Source of the DNA: a virus
IMG/VR virus record: IMGVR_UViG_3300029343_000516
DNA: 64,000 nt
Reading direction: 5' to 3' (one strand)
Below, one piece after another: positions 26,635-36,604 of this stretch. Both the position numbers and the translations under genes were made by a program. The first letter of the stretch is position 1. Each line of letters begins with the position of its first letter. The notes under the pieces are model-generated. The model worked only from the letters and a program-made list of their open reading frames with translations, was not told the DNA's origin and ran no database searches.

Positions 26635-27372
26635 TTATTTGTTGTATTTTTTCTTTAAACTGTCTAAATAATCATTACTGCTATTCTTTTTAGCTTCGAC
26701 TTCTGCTTTTGCAAGTTTCGTAGACATCTTGTTATTATGTACTACTTTTGAACCCTCAACAATTGCATCTAAGTCTTTATTCTTATCTCTGACAGAATCA
26801 AGAAGTTTATCAGTTGCAGTTACATTTTTTAACTCGTCCATATCATCATAGACTTCCTGTAACTGTTTCTTCACTTTCATATTCTCCACAACTTCCTTAC
26901 TTTCTCTCTTTAATTTGCGGAGATTCTTTTCACACATTTCCTGTGCTTCTTTTGCAGTGTTAGCTGCGTCTTCATATGCTTTAACTAATTCTGAATATCT
27001 CCTGATATCAGCCATAATCTCTTCTCTCTCATCAGCTTTTAACTGTGCTAACTCTATCTTATTTGCTTTTACAAGAGATTCACATTCAGATTCGACCTTC
27101 TCAAGCTTTGCTTTGAGATTCTTCATATCTTTTTGTGCATTGCTTAATTTACCAGCAGCTACCTTGTAAGCATTATCCGCTTTGTTATAAGCGTCTTGTG
27201 CCTGATCAATTTTTTCACCATAAATAGCCTCCGCACCTTCTGGGGTTGTAGCCATATCTTTGATAAACAGTCTCGTAATTCCCGAAAATAATGTTCTTAC
27301 TTCAGGAAATAAAATAAAAATCAAAATAATAACTGCAACTACCAAAATCACAATAAGTTTTCCAAGATCCAT
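26635..27372 (-). CDS. membrane-anchored coiled-coil protein (PspA/IM30-like, tentative)
   Basis: N-terminal TM helix followed by about 200 aa of Ala/Lys/Glu-rich coiled coil. Confidence 0.4.
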   Translation of the reverse strand: MDLGKLIVILVVAVIILIFILFPEVRTLFSGITRLFIKDMATTPEGAEAIYGEKIDQAQDAYNKADNAYKVAAGKLSNAQKDMKNLKAKLEKVESECESLVKANKIELAQLKADEREEIMADIRRYSELVKAYEDAANTAKEAQEMCEKNLRKLKRESKEVVENMKVKKQLQEVYDDMDELKNVTATDKLLDSVRDKNKDLDAIVEGSKVVHNNKMSTKLAKAEVEAKKNSSNDYLDSLKKKYNK

Positions 27373-27902
27373 TAATTGTCTCCTCCTTCAATAAATTTAA
27401 TTAATCCAGAAATTCTACCAACTTCTGTATTAATACTATTCTCTGAAACTTTCATCTCTGACTGCTGTTCAGAAATTTCTTTTTCCAATCTTGCAATCTC
27501 TTTTTTATGATTCTCAATTTCAGTTTCCTTATCAGCGACATTGGCATTTCCATCATCTAAGATTTTTGCCAATACACTATTTAATACATCCACTCTCTGT
27601 TCGCCATCAAGTGTTACATCAGTAACCGTTAAGCCGAACACTCCAAGAGTTGCTAACACTGAACCTCTCTTTGTCTCTGTAACCATTTCTTTTGGAAGAG
27701 AATTAATCAGTTCTTCAATTTTGAAAATTGATTTTGACCTATCAGATAACTCATTCTGAGCATAAATATCATCAATAAGAGTATCTGTATGTACCTCGTC
27801 AAGTTCAACTGGAACTGTACTATCCTCTACAGAATAATCAGTGCCTACATCATAATTCTCTTCTTCTGGAACTTTCTCTACGAAAAAGTCTCTAAATCCC
27901 AT
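27372..27902 (-). CDS. hypothetical acidic coiled-coil protein (176 aa)
   Basis: ORF whose start overlaps the upstream stop within the ABC operon. Confidence 0.45.
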   Translation of the reverse strand: MGFRDFFVEKVPEEENYDVGTDYSVEDSTVPVELDEVHTDTLIDDIYAQNELSDRSKSIFKIEELINSLPKEMVTETKRGSVLATLGVFGLTVTDVTLDGEQRVDVLNSVLAKILDDGNANVADKETEIENHKKEIARLEKEISEQQSEMKVSENSINTEVGRISGLIKFIEGGDN

Positions 27903-27919
27903 TTTGTTTCCTCCTTAAA

Positions 27920-28531
27920 TTAAAATTCTATAATCACGTCACACATTTTTTGTGCTTCTTCTTTGCTATGTGTAACCATAATTATTGTGTTATTTGTTTC
28001 TTTATGCTGCTTGATAATCAAATCTTGCATTTTTTGTCTAGTTTCAATATCTAATGCAGATAATGGTTCATCCATAAGAATTATTTCTGGATTCATAAAT
28101 AATGTTCTTGCCAAAGCAAGTCTTTGTCTCATACCGCCTGATAGTTGTTTTGGATATTTATTTTCGTTATCTTTCAATCCAACAATAGAAATCATTTCTT
28201 TTGCTCTATCAATATCACACTTATTTATTCTCCCTTTGACTTTCTGTGCTATCAGAATATTATCCAAACACTTTAACCAATCAAATGAAGTATAATTTTG
28301 ATGCATCATGTAAATATTATTTTTACTTGCCTTAGTAACTAATTCTCCATTTACAACTACATTTCCACTTAAAGGCTTAATAAGACCTGCGATTGTTCTT
28401 AACAAAGTTGTTTTCCCACAACCAGATTCACCTAATATCCCATAGATCTTAGGATCAAATTGATAGTTGAAATTCTTCAATAAAGGCTTGTCTCTGCTAT
28501 ACCCTGTATATAACTCATTTAACTTAACCAT
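27920..28531 (-). CDS. ABC transporter ATP-binding protein (NitT/TauT family)
   Basis: Walker A GESGCGKTT, signature LSGGMRQRLALAR, Walker B IILMDEP. Confidence 0.85.
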   Translation of the reverse strand: MVKLNELYTGYSRDKPLLKNFNYQFDPKIYGILGESGCGKTTLLRTIAGLIKPLSGNVVVNGELVTKASKNNIYMMHQNYTSFDWLKCLDNILIAQKVKGRINKCDIDRAKEMISIVGLKDNENKYPKQLSGGMRQRLALARTLFMNPEIILMDEPLSALDIETRQKMQDLIIKQHKETNNTIIMVTHSKEEAQKMCDVIIEF

Positions 28532-29270
28532 TTATATACCTCCATTTAAAAATGTGTTTTACTAACCATTTTGCAGAAAAATCAAATATAACACTTATAA
28601 TCATGATTACGATAATAGCCATAAAAACCAAATCTGTTCTTCCTCTTGAAGAAGATTGTTGAATTATATAACCCAATCCATATTTTGCATTAATTGTTTC
28701 TGCTACTGCTATATATGTAAATCCAATTCCATACATCATGATAAAACTATTTAATACTCCTGGTAGAGATGCTGGTATCTGTATTCTCCAAATAGTTTGT
28801 ATCTTATTCATTCCGATTGTTAATCCTGTATCAATCAAATCACTACTGACTTCCTCTAAACATAAAATAACTGAAGGCATCATGTATACAAAAGTTGCGA
28901 TAAATAAAAATACTATTTTCATCATTTCGTCTATACCAAACCACATAATCAGTAGAGGATAAAAAGCTGTGACAGGAATGTATCTCATAACACTGATAAT
29001 CGGATTTAATATATCTTTTGCTACTTTTGAGTTATAAACTAAAATTGCAATAGGAAATGCAATAAATCCTGATACAAAAGTTGCTATAGTTATTCTCAAA
29101 AACGAATATTTAATAGCCATTATCAACTGTCCAGTTTTCAACATTGCAATTAAATCTTTAAATACTGTCTTTGGATCTGGAACAAATAATTGATTTACAT
29201 GTTGTGAAGCAATACTCCAAATTATAAAAATAGTCATTAGTAATGCTATTCTTTTTAAAATAATTTTCAC
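28524..29270 (-). CDS. ABC transporter permease (binding-protein-dependent inner-membrane component)
   Basis: Six hydrophobic segments. 8-nt overlap with the ATPase gene. Confidence 0.7.
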   Translation of the reverse strand: MKIILKRIALLMTIFIIWSIASQHVNQLFVPDPKTVFKDLIAMLKTGQLIMAIKYSFLRITIATFVSGFIAFPIAILVYNSKVAKDILNPIISVMRYIPVTAFYPLLIMWFGIDEMMKIVFLFIATFVYMMPSVILCLEEVSSDLIDTGLTIGMNKIQTIWRIQIPASLPGVLNSFIMMYGIGFTYIAVAETINAKYGLGYIIQQSSSRGRTDLVFMAIIVIMIISVIFDFSAKWLVKHIFKWRYING

Positions 29271-29369
29271 ATTCTCACCTCTTTCTATATCTATATTCTC
29301 TTTTTAATTTGGGAATTTTATTGAGCTGAATCACTCAGAAATTTTTTACAATGAAACGAAGTTTTCTTG

Positions 29370-29657
29370 TTACTTATTGTAGATATAGTCAGCATTTCTA
29401 AACAATATATTTGGAAATATATTTACAGCAACATTACGAAGTGCTACAAACAAATCCCCTCTCTCATCTACACATGAATCATGTCCATCAACTGTCTTAA
29501 ATACATTTAACTCATCATCGGAATTTTTATATACAAAGTAATCAGTATCCTCATCAAGAACAAAACCTATATGTAAAGTTTCACATAAAATTCTAAATGC
29601 TTCTGCTGAATCAATATCTATAGTACATATTGCTTTTGTATTAACATTTATTTCCAT
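29370..29657 (-). CDS. hypothetical protein (95 aa)
   Basis: ORF in the array. Confidence 0.4.
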   Translation of the reverse strand: MEINVNTKAICTIDIDSAEAFRILCETLHIGFVLDEDTDYFVYKNSDDELNVFKTVDGHDSCVDERGDLFVALRNVAVNIFPNILFRNADYIYNK

Positions 29658-29671
29658 TTGTTTCCTCTTAA

Positions 29672-29884
29672 TTATCTCTTATACTCTATCCACCTATCTG
29701 AACCCTTGAACTTCACTTTAATCTTCGTAGGACATCCATCTGGGATAGATTTTAATGATTTATAATCGCCTATAATTGTTGCTGTTTCCAAAGCCTTGTG
29801 ATTCTTCTCACATTCCATTGCTTTTTCTTTATCTGCATAATCAGTATTACAGAACTGACAAGTATATAATGTCTTTGTAACCAT
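29672..29884 (-). CDS. hypothetical Cys-containing protein (70 aa)
   Basis: ORF; CQFCN ... MECE. Confidence 0.4.
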   Translation of the reverse strand: MVTKTLYTCQFCNTDYADKEKAMECEKNHKALETATIIGDYKSLKSIPDGCPTKIKVKFKGSDRWIEYKR

Positions 29885-29902
29885 ATAAATCTCCTTTCCA
29901 AT

Positions 29903-30109
29903 TTACCAAATTCCATTTACCGTCTTATCAATAGCTTCCCTCATTACACCACCAGTCATTTTATTCATTGTATCCGCAACAAGACCTTTAAACTCTGCTC
30001 TTATTCGTTTATTATGATGAGTACATGGCGTTGAACAATAATTATTTCTTCTACATTTTTCACAGTTACCATTCAATTTCCACTGTTCATTTTCCTGAAT
30101 CTGTTCCAT
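29903..30109 (-). CDS. hypothetical Cys-rich protein (68 aa)
   Basis: ORF; CEKCRRNNYCSTPCTHH. Confidence 0.4.
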   Translation of the reverse strand: MEQIQENEQWKLNGNCEKCRRNNYCSTPCTHHNKRIRAEFKGLVADTMNKMTGGVMREAIDKTVNGIW

Positions 30110-30150
30110 AATATTCGTATGTTCCTTTCAAAGTTATATATTTATTCTGC

Positions 30151-30480
30151 CTAATATTGCTCTGCTATATCATCATATTCTCTTGAAAGATATCCAACTA
30201 AATCCTTATAAATATCTAACTGATGTTCATGTAAATAATTACATAGTTCAATATCTGTATTGAAAAACTCTTCAATAGCTGTAGAATTAGCCCATCTATC
30301 AAAAGCGCTTCTTGTTGAAACTCTAAGCATCCATCTGTTTTTAGTTCCACTATGAGGCTCTACTACCATAAAAATAACTGTATCTGTTCTTGCTTCTAAA
30401 TGACCTTCGTATTCGTCAATCTCGTAATTCTGACCATTATTCATTTGGTCGTTCTCAAACCATCTTCTTATATTTTCCAT
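30151..30480 (-). CDS. hypothetical protein (109 aa)
   Basis: ORF in the array. Confidence 0.4.
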   Translation of the reverse strand: MENIRRWFENDQMNNGQNYEIDEYEGHLEARTDTVIFMVVEPHSGTKNRWMLRVSTRSAFDRWANSTAIEEFFNTDIELCNYLHEHQLDIYKDLVGYLSREYDDIAEQY

Positions 30481-30517
30481 TTCTTAACCTCTCTTCCAAA
30501 GAAATCGAACTTTCTTG

Positions 30518-30700
30518 CTACTCAAATTTCTTATTAACCCAATGTCCTGTTGGATCAATTCTGTATTCTTCAACCAAATGTACTTTTTCTAACCATGCAC
30601 AGTCACCATTCTCACATCTAATTGGCAACCATGCGAATACAGTGGAGTATCTTAGTTCACCATGATAAGGTTTTCTTTGTACTACTTGTTTCCATCTCAT
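30518..30700 (-). CDS. hypothetical protein (60 aa)
   Basis: ORF in the array. Confidence 0.35.
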   Translation of the reverse strand: MRWKQVVQRKPYHGELRYSTVFAWLPIRCENGDCAWLEKVHLVEEYRIDPTGHWVNKKFE

Positions 30701-30917
30701 AGTTTTTACCTCTCTTTCAAAGAAACGAACTTTCTTAGTAATCGTTTCCTATCAAACATACAAAACAACCACACTCCATACAGTCACCATGTCCAGTTTC
30801 AGAACACTCTTCTGCCACATTACATAATTTTTCTGGAATTTTTGTTATGTAATATCCATTATCTTTTAAAAGCTCTATTGCTTCTTTAATTTTTGTTTCC
30901 ATTTTCTACCTCACAAT

Positions 30918-31133
30918 CTAGCAAATATGTTTGCTTGTGTCTATTTTTAAAGCATCTGCTTCCAAGTCTTCTACTAACGTTCTTCGTTTCACTATTCTTT
31001 TTCCATTACAATAATTACACTTTTCTTCCCAAGATTGATCTTCGTAACAATTTAATCTTTTTGAACATTGTATTTTCCCATTACCATTACATATGGGGCA
31101 AATAATATTTTCAAATTTTTCTAATACTTTCAT
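30918..31133 (-). CDS. zinc-finger protein (DnaJ-like CxxCxGxG repeats, 71 aa)
   Basis: CPICNGNGK ... CNYCNGK. Confidence 0.45.
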   Translation of the reverse strand: MKVLEKFENIICPICNGNGKIQCSKRLNCYEDQSWEEKCNYCNGKRIVKRRTLVEDLEADALKIDTSKHIC

Positions 31134-31555
31134 TTATTTTTCTCACCTGTTCATGTTTATCTTCTCTCTCATAATTGTAAACACCAACTACTTTTGCTAT
31201 TTCTATGCAACATTCATAATCATCCAAATCAGGTGATTGCAATAACTCAATAATTTTATTTACTTTTTCTTCATCACTCATATTTTCACCTCTTAATCAT
31301 TTCTCAAATTCTTCGCCAGTTGCACAATCATTTTTGACAGGAATTTTATCACTGTTATTTATTTCTTTTATGATATCTTTTGCAAATTTAACTGACATAG
31401 TTCACTTTACTTCCTTGTTAGTCTAATTATCATCTCTACAAGTCTTTCCTTACTCATAGCATGTAAATGCTCTCTCTTCTCATCATCTGAGCAGTTTTTA
31501 ATAATTTTTAAATCACTCTCTGGCATTTTTAATATCCTCCTTATATTTTTTCTAA

Positions 31556-31630
31556 CTAGGCTGGTGGGACTTGAACCCACAAAACCTGCGGTCAAAGCGC
31601 AGTGCGTCTAACCAATTTCGCCACAGCCCA
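31556..31630 (-). tRNA. tRNA-Gln (anticodon UUG), Firmicutes-like
   Basis: Cloverleaf with acceptor UGGGCUG/CAGCCUA (U1-A72, G73), D-loop with GG, anticodon stem CUGCG/CGCAG, loop CUUUGAC and T-arm GUGGG-UUCAAGU-CCCAC. Resembles B. subtilis tRNA-Gln. No encoded CCA. Confidence 0.75.
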
Positions 31631-31673
31631 TTAGAGATGGTGTGGAATTTCACCACACCAAGTTATTCTCTAT

Positions 31674-32551
31674 TTACTGGTCTGAATCAGCATCCTTTGT
31701 AACTACAGTATCGCTACCCTGTACTGTAACCCATCCATGTTTAAGTCTTGCTTCTGCCTCTTTCATACGAATGAGCTGATCAGTAATTGAACTGTTAATC
31801 TTTGCATTTGCGTCTGCCTCTGCCTCTGCTGCGATAACCTTTGCGTCTGCATCACCCTGAGCTTTTGTAACCTCTGCTTCAGCGTCAGCTTTTGCCTTAT
31901 CAATATTTGTCTGATTCTGAATTGCCTGAGTCTCTGCGTCCTGTTGAGCCTTAATCTTAGCATTTATAGCTTTCATTGTATCTTTATCCACATCAATATT
32001 GATTAAAGATACGTTGCTAATTGTAATACCATACGGCTCAAATTTCTTTGCAAGATAATCTGAAACTGCACTATTAATATTCGCTCTTTCAGAACCAAGA
32101 ATATCGGATACTTTGTAATTTGCAACAATCTCTTTAGTCCAAGAAACAATATTAGGTTTGATAAAACTATCTCTTACCTCTTTACCACTCTGACCTTTAA
32201 ATCTTGTAAAAACGTCTGCAACACTATTTTGTTTATACTGGTATGTATAAGTAAGCTCTAAAGTCATTGACTTACCCTCTGATGAACTTGCTGTAAAACT
32301 ATCATCGTCTGGTGAATCTCCTTTTTAGAAGCTGTTAGATATGACTGCTCAAGACCAACTGTATATAATGTTGTCTTTACCATTGGACTCTTCCAATGCC
32401 AACCTTGATCAAGTACCTTTTTCTCTACTCCACCGTTCGCATTGTACTGAACTGCTGCATAGCCAGCAGGTACTCTTACTAAAGATTTCATACATATGAT
32501 TACTCCAATTACAAGTACAATTGCTGCTACAAATCCTCCTAGTTTCTTCAT
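31674..32551 (-). pseudogene. SPFH/band-7 (HflK/C-flotillin-like) membrane protein, split by a frameshift
   Basis: The N-terminal TM plus VPAGYAAVQYNANGGVEK..GWHWKSPMV (ORF 32264-32551) and the rest of the SPFH domain plus an Ala/Gln-rich coiled coil (ORF 31674-32267) are in different frames. The junction is at an A5 run near 32300. Confidence 0.55.
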
Positions 32552-32707
32552 TCTTTTGTCTCCTTTTCATCTTTATTTATTTCTTCTATCACACTATTTT
32601 TTATTATCTTATAGATAAATGAGCCTATTTTTGTAAAAAATGGTGACAGTAAAAACCATAATATTAATAGTCCTATAATGACCAAAATCATCAAAACTGA
32701 CATTTGA

Positions 32708-33103
32708 TTATTCTCCTTGTTTTAATGTTGATATTCCTAATTTCTCTTCTAATTTTCTTTTTTCTCTTTCCATTTTATTTAATTTAATTATCAAAGAATC
32801 ATAGTTATTAATTACATCACAAGCTGCCATCATACTTTCTGCTAAATTTCTTATATATTCTTCTTCATGGCGGTAAATCTTCTGTAAGTCTTTAATATTT
32901 GTTTGCCCATTAAAAATTTTTATCAATACATTTGCTAATTCTTTTTGATTATTTGGTGAATAATTAAAATTCACGCTCCAAGAAAAAGGAATATTGGTTA
33001 ATTTTTCTATTCTATTAATTTCAGTTTTTAGGCTATTTATTTGTACACAAGTTTCTCTTAGTTCTTCTAATAGAGATTGCTCTTTATTCTTTTTATCAAA
33101 CAT
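32708..33103 (-). CDS. hypothetical coiled-coil protein (131 aa)
   Basis: ORF flanked by two unlisted small TM-peptide ORFs (32590-32706 and 33115-33246). Confidence 0.45.
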   Translation of the reverse strand: MFDKKNKEQSLLEELRETCVQINSLKTEINRIEKLTNIPFSWSVNFNYSPNNQKELANVLIKIFNGQTNIKDLQKIYRHEEEYIRNLAESMMAACDVINNYDSLIIKLNKMEREKRKLEEKLGISTLKQGE

Positions 33104-33238
33104 ATTATTACCTCAACAACAAATATTTTAACCAATCAGGTATATCAGCATTTACAACCATACTAAATATCCCAATGTTTGCTAATATAGCGAGTATCGT
33201 AATTACTATAAATATTCCTATAATAAATAACTTATCTT

Positions 33239-33460
33239 TCATATGTATTTATTCTCCCCTTGCCAACTTATATATCCAAGTATCAACAGTTTCTGTAAAT
33301 CATTGCCATGAAAACCTGTTACATCGCAAAATGCACCAAGTATTTCTGTATCTTCATGTGTTATTGCATGATAATTTACACTATTACATTCTTCTAAGTG
33401 ATTCATATTTCCATTTTGGAAAAATGTGTCTTGTAATATTTCATATTCAGTATTCGTCAT
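33239..33460 (-). CDS. hypothetical protein (73 aa)
   Basis: ORF in the array. Confidence 0.4.
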   Translation of the reverse strand: MTNTEYEILQDTFFQNGNMNHLEECNSVNYHAITHEDTEILGAFCDVTGFHGNDLQKLLILGYISWQGENKYI

Positions 33461-33694
33461 ATTTTATGCACCATATCTTTCCAGTTCATCTAAAATTTTC
33501 TCAGCTTTAATATTGTGTTCATCACATTTTTTAGATAATAGATTCATTATCGAAACATAAAATTTTATCACCGCAAGATGAAATCTAAATCTAACTTCGT
33601 TCATACTCATCCTCCAAACATTTCATGCCGTATAACCATTCAGAAAATCCAACGACACCTGCGACCAATGTAATTTCCAAAATCCATTCCATAT

Positions 33695-34171
33695 CTATAA
33701 CCTCTGATTCTTGGCAATACGTTTAATTTTCAAATCTTTTGGAATATCCATTGGTCTGAAATCAGACCTTATAATCCTTGATATAATTACTGGCTTAACA
33801 CCACATTTGGTATAACACATGACTATATCTCCTACCGATATATTCTCCATAAACATATTCCATTTCTCAGAAGTCGGAACTCTCCAAACGTATTCTTTAT
33901 CACTCTGCTGATTTGGGTGCTTGCCATATATGTATGTAACTACTTTTTTATTCTCTCTTTCATATCTATATTGTTTGACATGTTCCACATCAAACTCTTT
34001 AAGCACTAAATATCTTATGTATCCATCTACCAATTCTTTTTTATGGTTGATTATAATTGGCTTGTCCAGTTCTCCATACTTAAGGAAATATCTCTTTACT
34101 CTGTTCATCTTTGCCTCATTTGGTACAGACTCGGCAAGATAATCTGGGATTATAATGTCTGCTAACTTCAA
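33695..34171 (-). CDS. ParB-like nuclease (ParB/Srx fold) domain protein
   Basis: ELVDGYIRYLVLKEF resembles the ParB N-terminal DGxHR box. 158 aa. Confidence 0.4.
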   Translation of the reverse strand: MKLADIIIPDYLAESVPNEAKMNRVKRYFLKYGELDKPIIINHKKELVDGYIRYLVLKEFDVEHVKQYRYERENKKVVTYIYGKHPNQQSDKEYVWRVPTSEKWNMFMENISVGDIVMCYTKCGVKPVIISRIIRSDFRPMDIPKDLKIKRIAKNQRL

Positions 34172-34199
34172 TTTATTTGTTCTCCTTTATTTTATGTAT

Positions 34200-35648
34200 T
34201 TATGCATTTGCCATCTTATCAAAACTTCTCTTCATGAAGTCATAATTTACCTTCTGTGAAGAGCTAAATTTCTTCTGATTTTTGTATTTATTAATCCATT
34301 CCTCAAACTTGTCCTCATTCTCATTCTTGCAAGCATAAGCCATTAAAGCAATTAATGCCATCTGACACTTCTGATATAGTGGAATATCTATTTTTATCTG
34401 ATTATGATTAAAACAATACTCAACTAAATCTGTATATTCTTCAACATCCTCATTTGTCACTTCAGAATCTGCATTCTCCTGAACAAAGGAAAGAATGCTT
34501 TCTTCCGTATTATCTTCAACATTTTCTTCCGTATTATTATTCTCTATTTCCTTGCTATTTGTTTCTGCTGTATCAATATATAAAAAATCGTTCATCAAAG
34601 CTGTATATGTATTAATTTTAGCAACTACAAGTTTTTTATCTGTAGTACCAGACTCTTTATTTAACGAATCGTAACTGACACCATTAACATCAATACTATG
34701 TAATTTTCCTGATAACTCATGAATAAAATCTGCAAACTTGCTATCTTCTAAACCACATTTTGCAAATCTACTAAATACTGTCAGCCATACAGGAATATCT
34801 TTTTTAACAAGAATATCTTTACAAGTATCTTTACAAGCCGCTTCGATTCTTTGAAAATATTCATGGATTGTATTAAACTCTTCGATATTACTGTTATCTT
34901 CGAGATAATCACATATTTCTTTTGCACCACGTTTATAGTCATCAAAATGAAAAACATTCATAACAGATCTGCATACACTCTGCATATATTCTCCGTTTTT
35001 TCTGGCAGTATCAGAATACTCAATACTATTTTTAAAGAATCCTTCATCGGCAATGTTTTTAATTTTTCTTGCATATGTAGGAATCCAAGTCAACGCTCTC
35101 TGACTTGTATTCATTCCTCTTTGTACATTCAATTTTCTTACCAATTTACTTACCTTTTTCATATCACAATTTTGATATGTGGCAATTCTAAGCTGATAAT
35201 TGTCAAATCGTTTCTTCAGTTCTTTTGGAAAATCATCATATGTTTTATTTTTAATATCAAATGTTTTCTTTTCCCATACAAAATTCCCATCATCATCTTT
35301 TAGAAATTTACCATTTTCGTCTACTTGCTTTTCCTGGTACTCAATTTCACTATCTTCAATAGCACCAGTAAATTTATGATTTCCATATCTAATCTGCATC
35401 AATGCGGTTGTTCTCTGAAGACCATCTACAATATATTTCTGTACAATATCTTCATTTAAAGGAATTTCGGCTAAAATTAAAGGTGGAAGATAATCACCAG
35501 TTAAGATCGTAACACCGATTCCATTAACAAATGGTTTGTCGCTACAGAAATACCTCTGTACATCCTGATTGTCATTAACATCTCCATCTTTTACCTCACT
35601 GGTATAGTTAATCAATGGAATATTTTCTTCTCTTACTTTCTTTGCCAT
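34200..35648 (-). CDS. DGQHR-domain (DndB-like, ParB/Srx superfamily) protein
   Basis: VDGLQRTTAL matches the DGQHR signature. 482 aa with an acidic C-terminal tail. Confidence 0.5.
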   Translation of the reverse strand: MAKKVREENIPLINYTSEVKDGDVNDNQDVQRYFCSDKPFVNGIGVTILTGDYLPPLILAEIPLNEDIVQKYIVDGLQRTTALMQIRYGNHKFTGAIEDSEIEYQEKQVDENGKFLKDDDGNFVWEKKTFDIKNKTYDDFPKELKKRFDNYQLRIATYQNCDMKKVSKLVRKLNVQRGMNTSQRALTWIPTYARKIKNIADEGFFKNSIEYSDTARKNGEYMQSVCRSVMNVFHFDDYKRGAKEICDYLEDNSNIEEFNTIHEYFQRIEAACKDTCKDILVKKDIPVWLTVFSRFAKCGLEDSKFADFIHELSGKLHSIDVNGVSYDSLNKESGTTDKKLVVAKINTYTALMNDFLYIDTAETNSKEIENNNTEENVEDNTEESILSFVQENADSEVTNEDVEEYTDLVEYCFNHNQIKIDIPLYQKCQMALIALMAYACKNENEDKFEEWINKYKNQKKFSSSQKVNYDFMKRSFDKMANA

Positions 35649-35667
35649 GAGTATTTCCTCCTTATGT

Positions 35668-36228
35668 TTACATTAAAATTTTTACATTCTCATATGCTTG
35701 AATAGCTGCAAGATTATTAGAATATTGTTTGCTATCCATATGTAATAATTCTCTGATTTCCTTTGCCTTATATCCTTCAGATAACAAAGCAACTATTTTC
35801 CGTTGATTATATGATAATTTATTCAAATATCTTTCTATCTTTGTGCCTTCAAGCATATACTCAGCAACAAGTTCATATGTATTAAAATCTGATGGAATTA
35901 ATTCGCTTAATTCCATACCATCCTCTGATACCAAACTATTGATTGAATCAATCTTCTTCGCAGGAATTCGTTTGTTACGATTACGATCACGAATTTCAGT
36001 TTTAAACTTTCGTTTAATGTTGCTGGCTAAGAATGAATCAAAACTGCATTGATTTTTTTCATCATATTTAAAAACCGAATAACTAAGTGTATCTAATGCA
36101 ATGTCAAAGAAATCATCATAATCCTTATCAGATATGCCACCTATTTTGATTATCATTGGAAGACACATTTTCTTGAGCATAGCCATTTCGTTGTTACAGT
36201 AATAGTTAAGTGTTTGTTGTATATCCAT
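35668..36228 (-). CDS. sigma-70 region-4-like / HTH regulator (possible phage sigma factor)
   Basis: C-terminal RKIVALLSEGYKAKEIRELLHMDSKQYSNNLAAIQ is a sigma region 4/LuxR-type HTH. 186 aa. Confidence 0.45.
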   Translation of the reverse strand: MDIQQTLNYYCNNEMAMLKKMCLPMIIKIGGISDKDYDDFFDIALDTLSYSVFKYDEKNQCSFDSFLASNIKRKFKTEIRDRNRNKRIPAKKIDSINSLVSEDGMELSELIPSDFNTYELVAEYMLEGTKIERYLNKLSYNQRKIVALLSEGYKAKEIRELLHMDSKQYSNNLAAIQAYENVKILM

Positions 36229-36253
36229 TTCATTACTCCTTTGATTTTGATGT

Positions 36254-36532
36254 TTACTTATTCTCTGTTTCGTTCACTTCAATTATTCGATATGTATATT
36301 TTCGGTTGAATAATCCATTTATTGCTTTTTGTGTTCTTTCTTTGCTGACTTTAGTGGTGTCTACTTCAGCAATTACATTATGTATAATGACCATCTCATC
36401 TTTGAGGTTACGTCTATTTTTTCGATTTGTACGAATTCTCTTATAGAATATCCAGCCTCTGTAGAGATCAACTGGCTTTTCCAACTCTACTTCATGTAAG
36501 ATATCTATCAATTCTTCGTCAGCTCGCTTCAA
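36254..36532 (-). CDS. hypothetical protein (92 aa)
   Basis: ORF. Confidence 0.4.
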   Translation of the reverse strand: MKRADEELIDILHEVELEKPVDLYRGWIFYKRIRTNRKNRRNLKDEMVIIHNVIAEVDTTKVSKERTQKAINGLFNRKYTYRIIEVNETENK

Positions 36533-36604
36533 CTCAATTTCGAGTTCTTTATATCTTTTTGCTGCATCACTAAGAATTCGTTCACATTCGCCAAACTTAT
36601 CAAC

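Noticed and set aside
31407-31595. 62-aa ORF MTAGFVGSSPTSLV...
   Set aside because: Its N-terminal 20 residues are a translation of the tRNA-Gln gene (31556-31630). At most the C-terminal 39 aa (from MPESDL, 31407-31526) could be a real peptide, so it is not reported as a gene.
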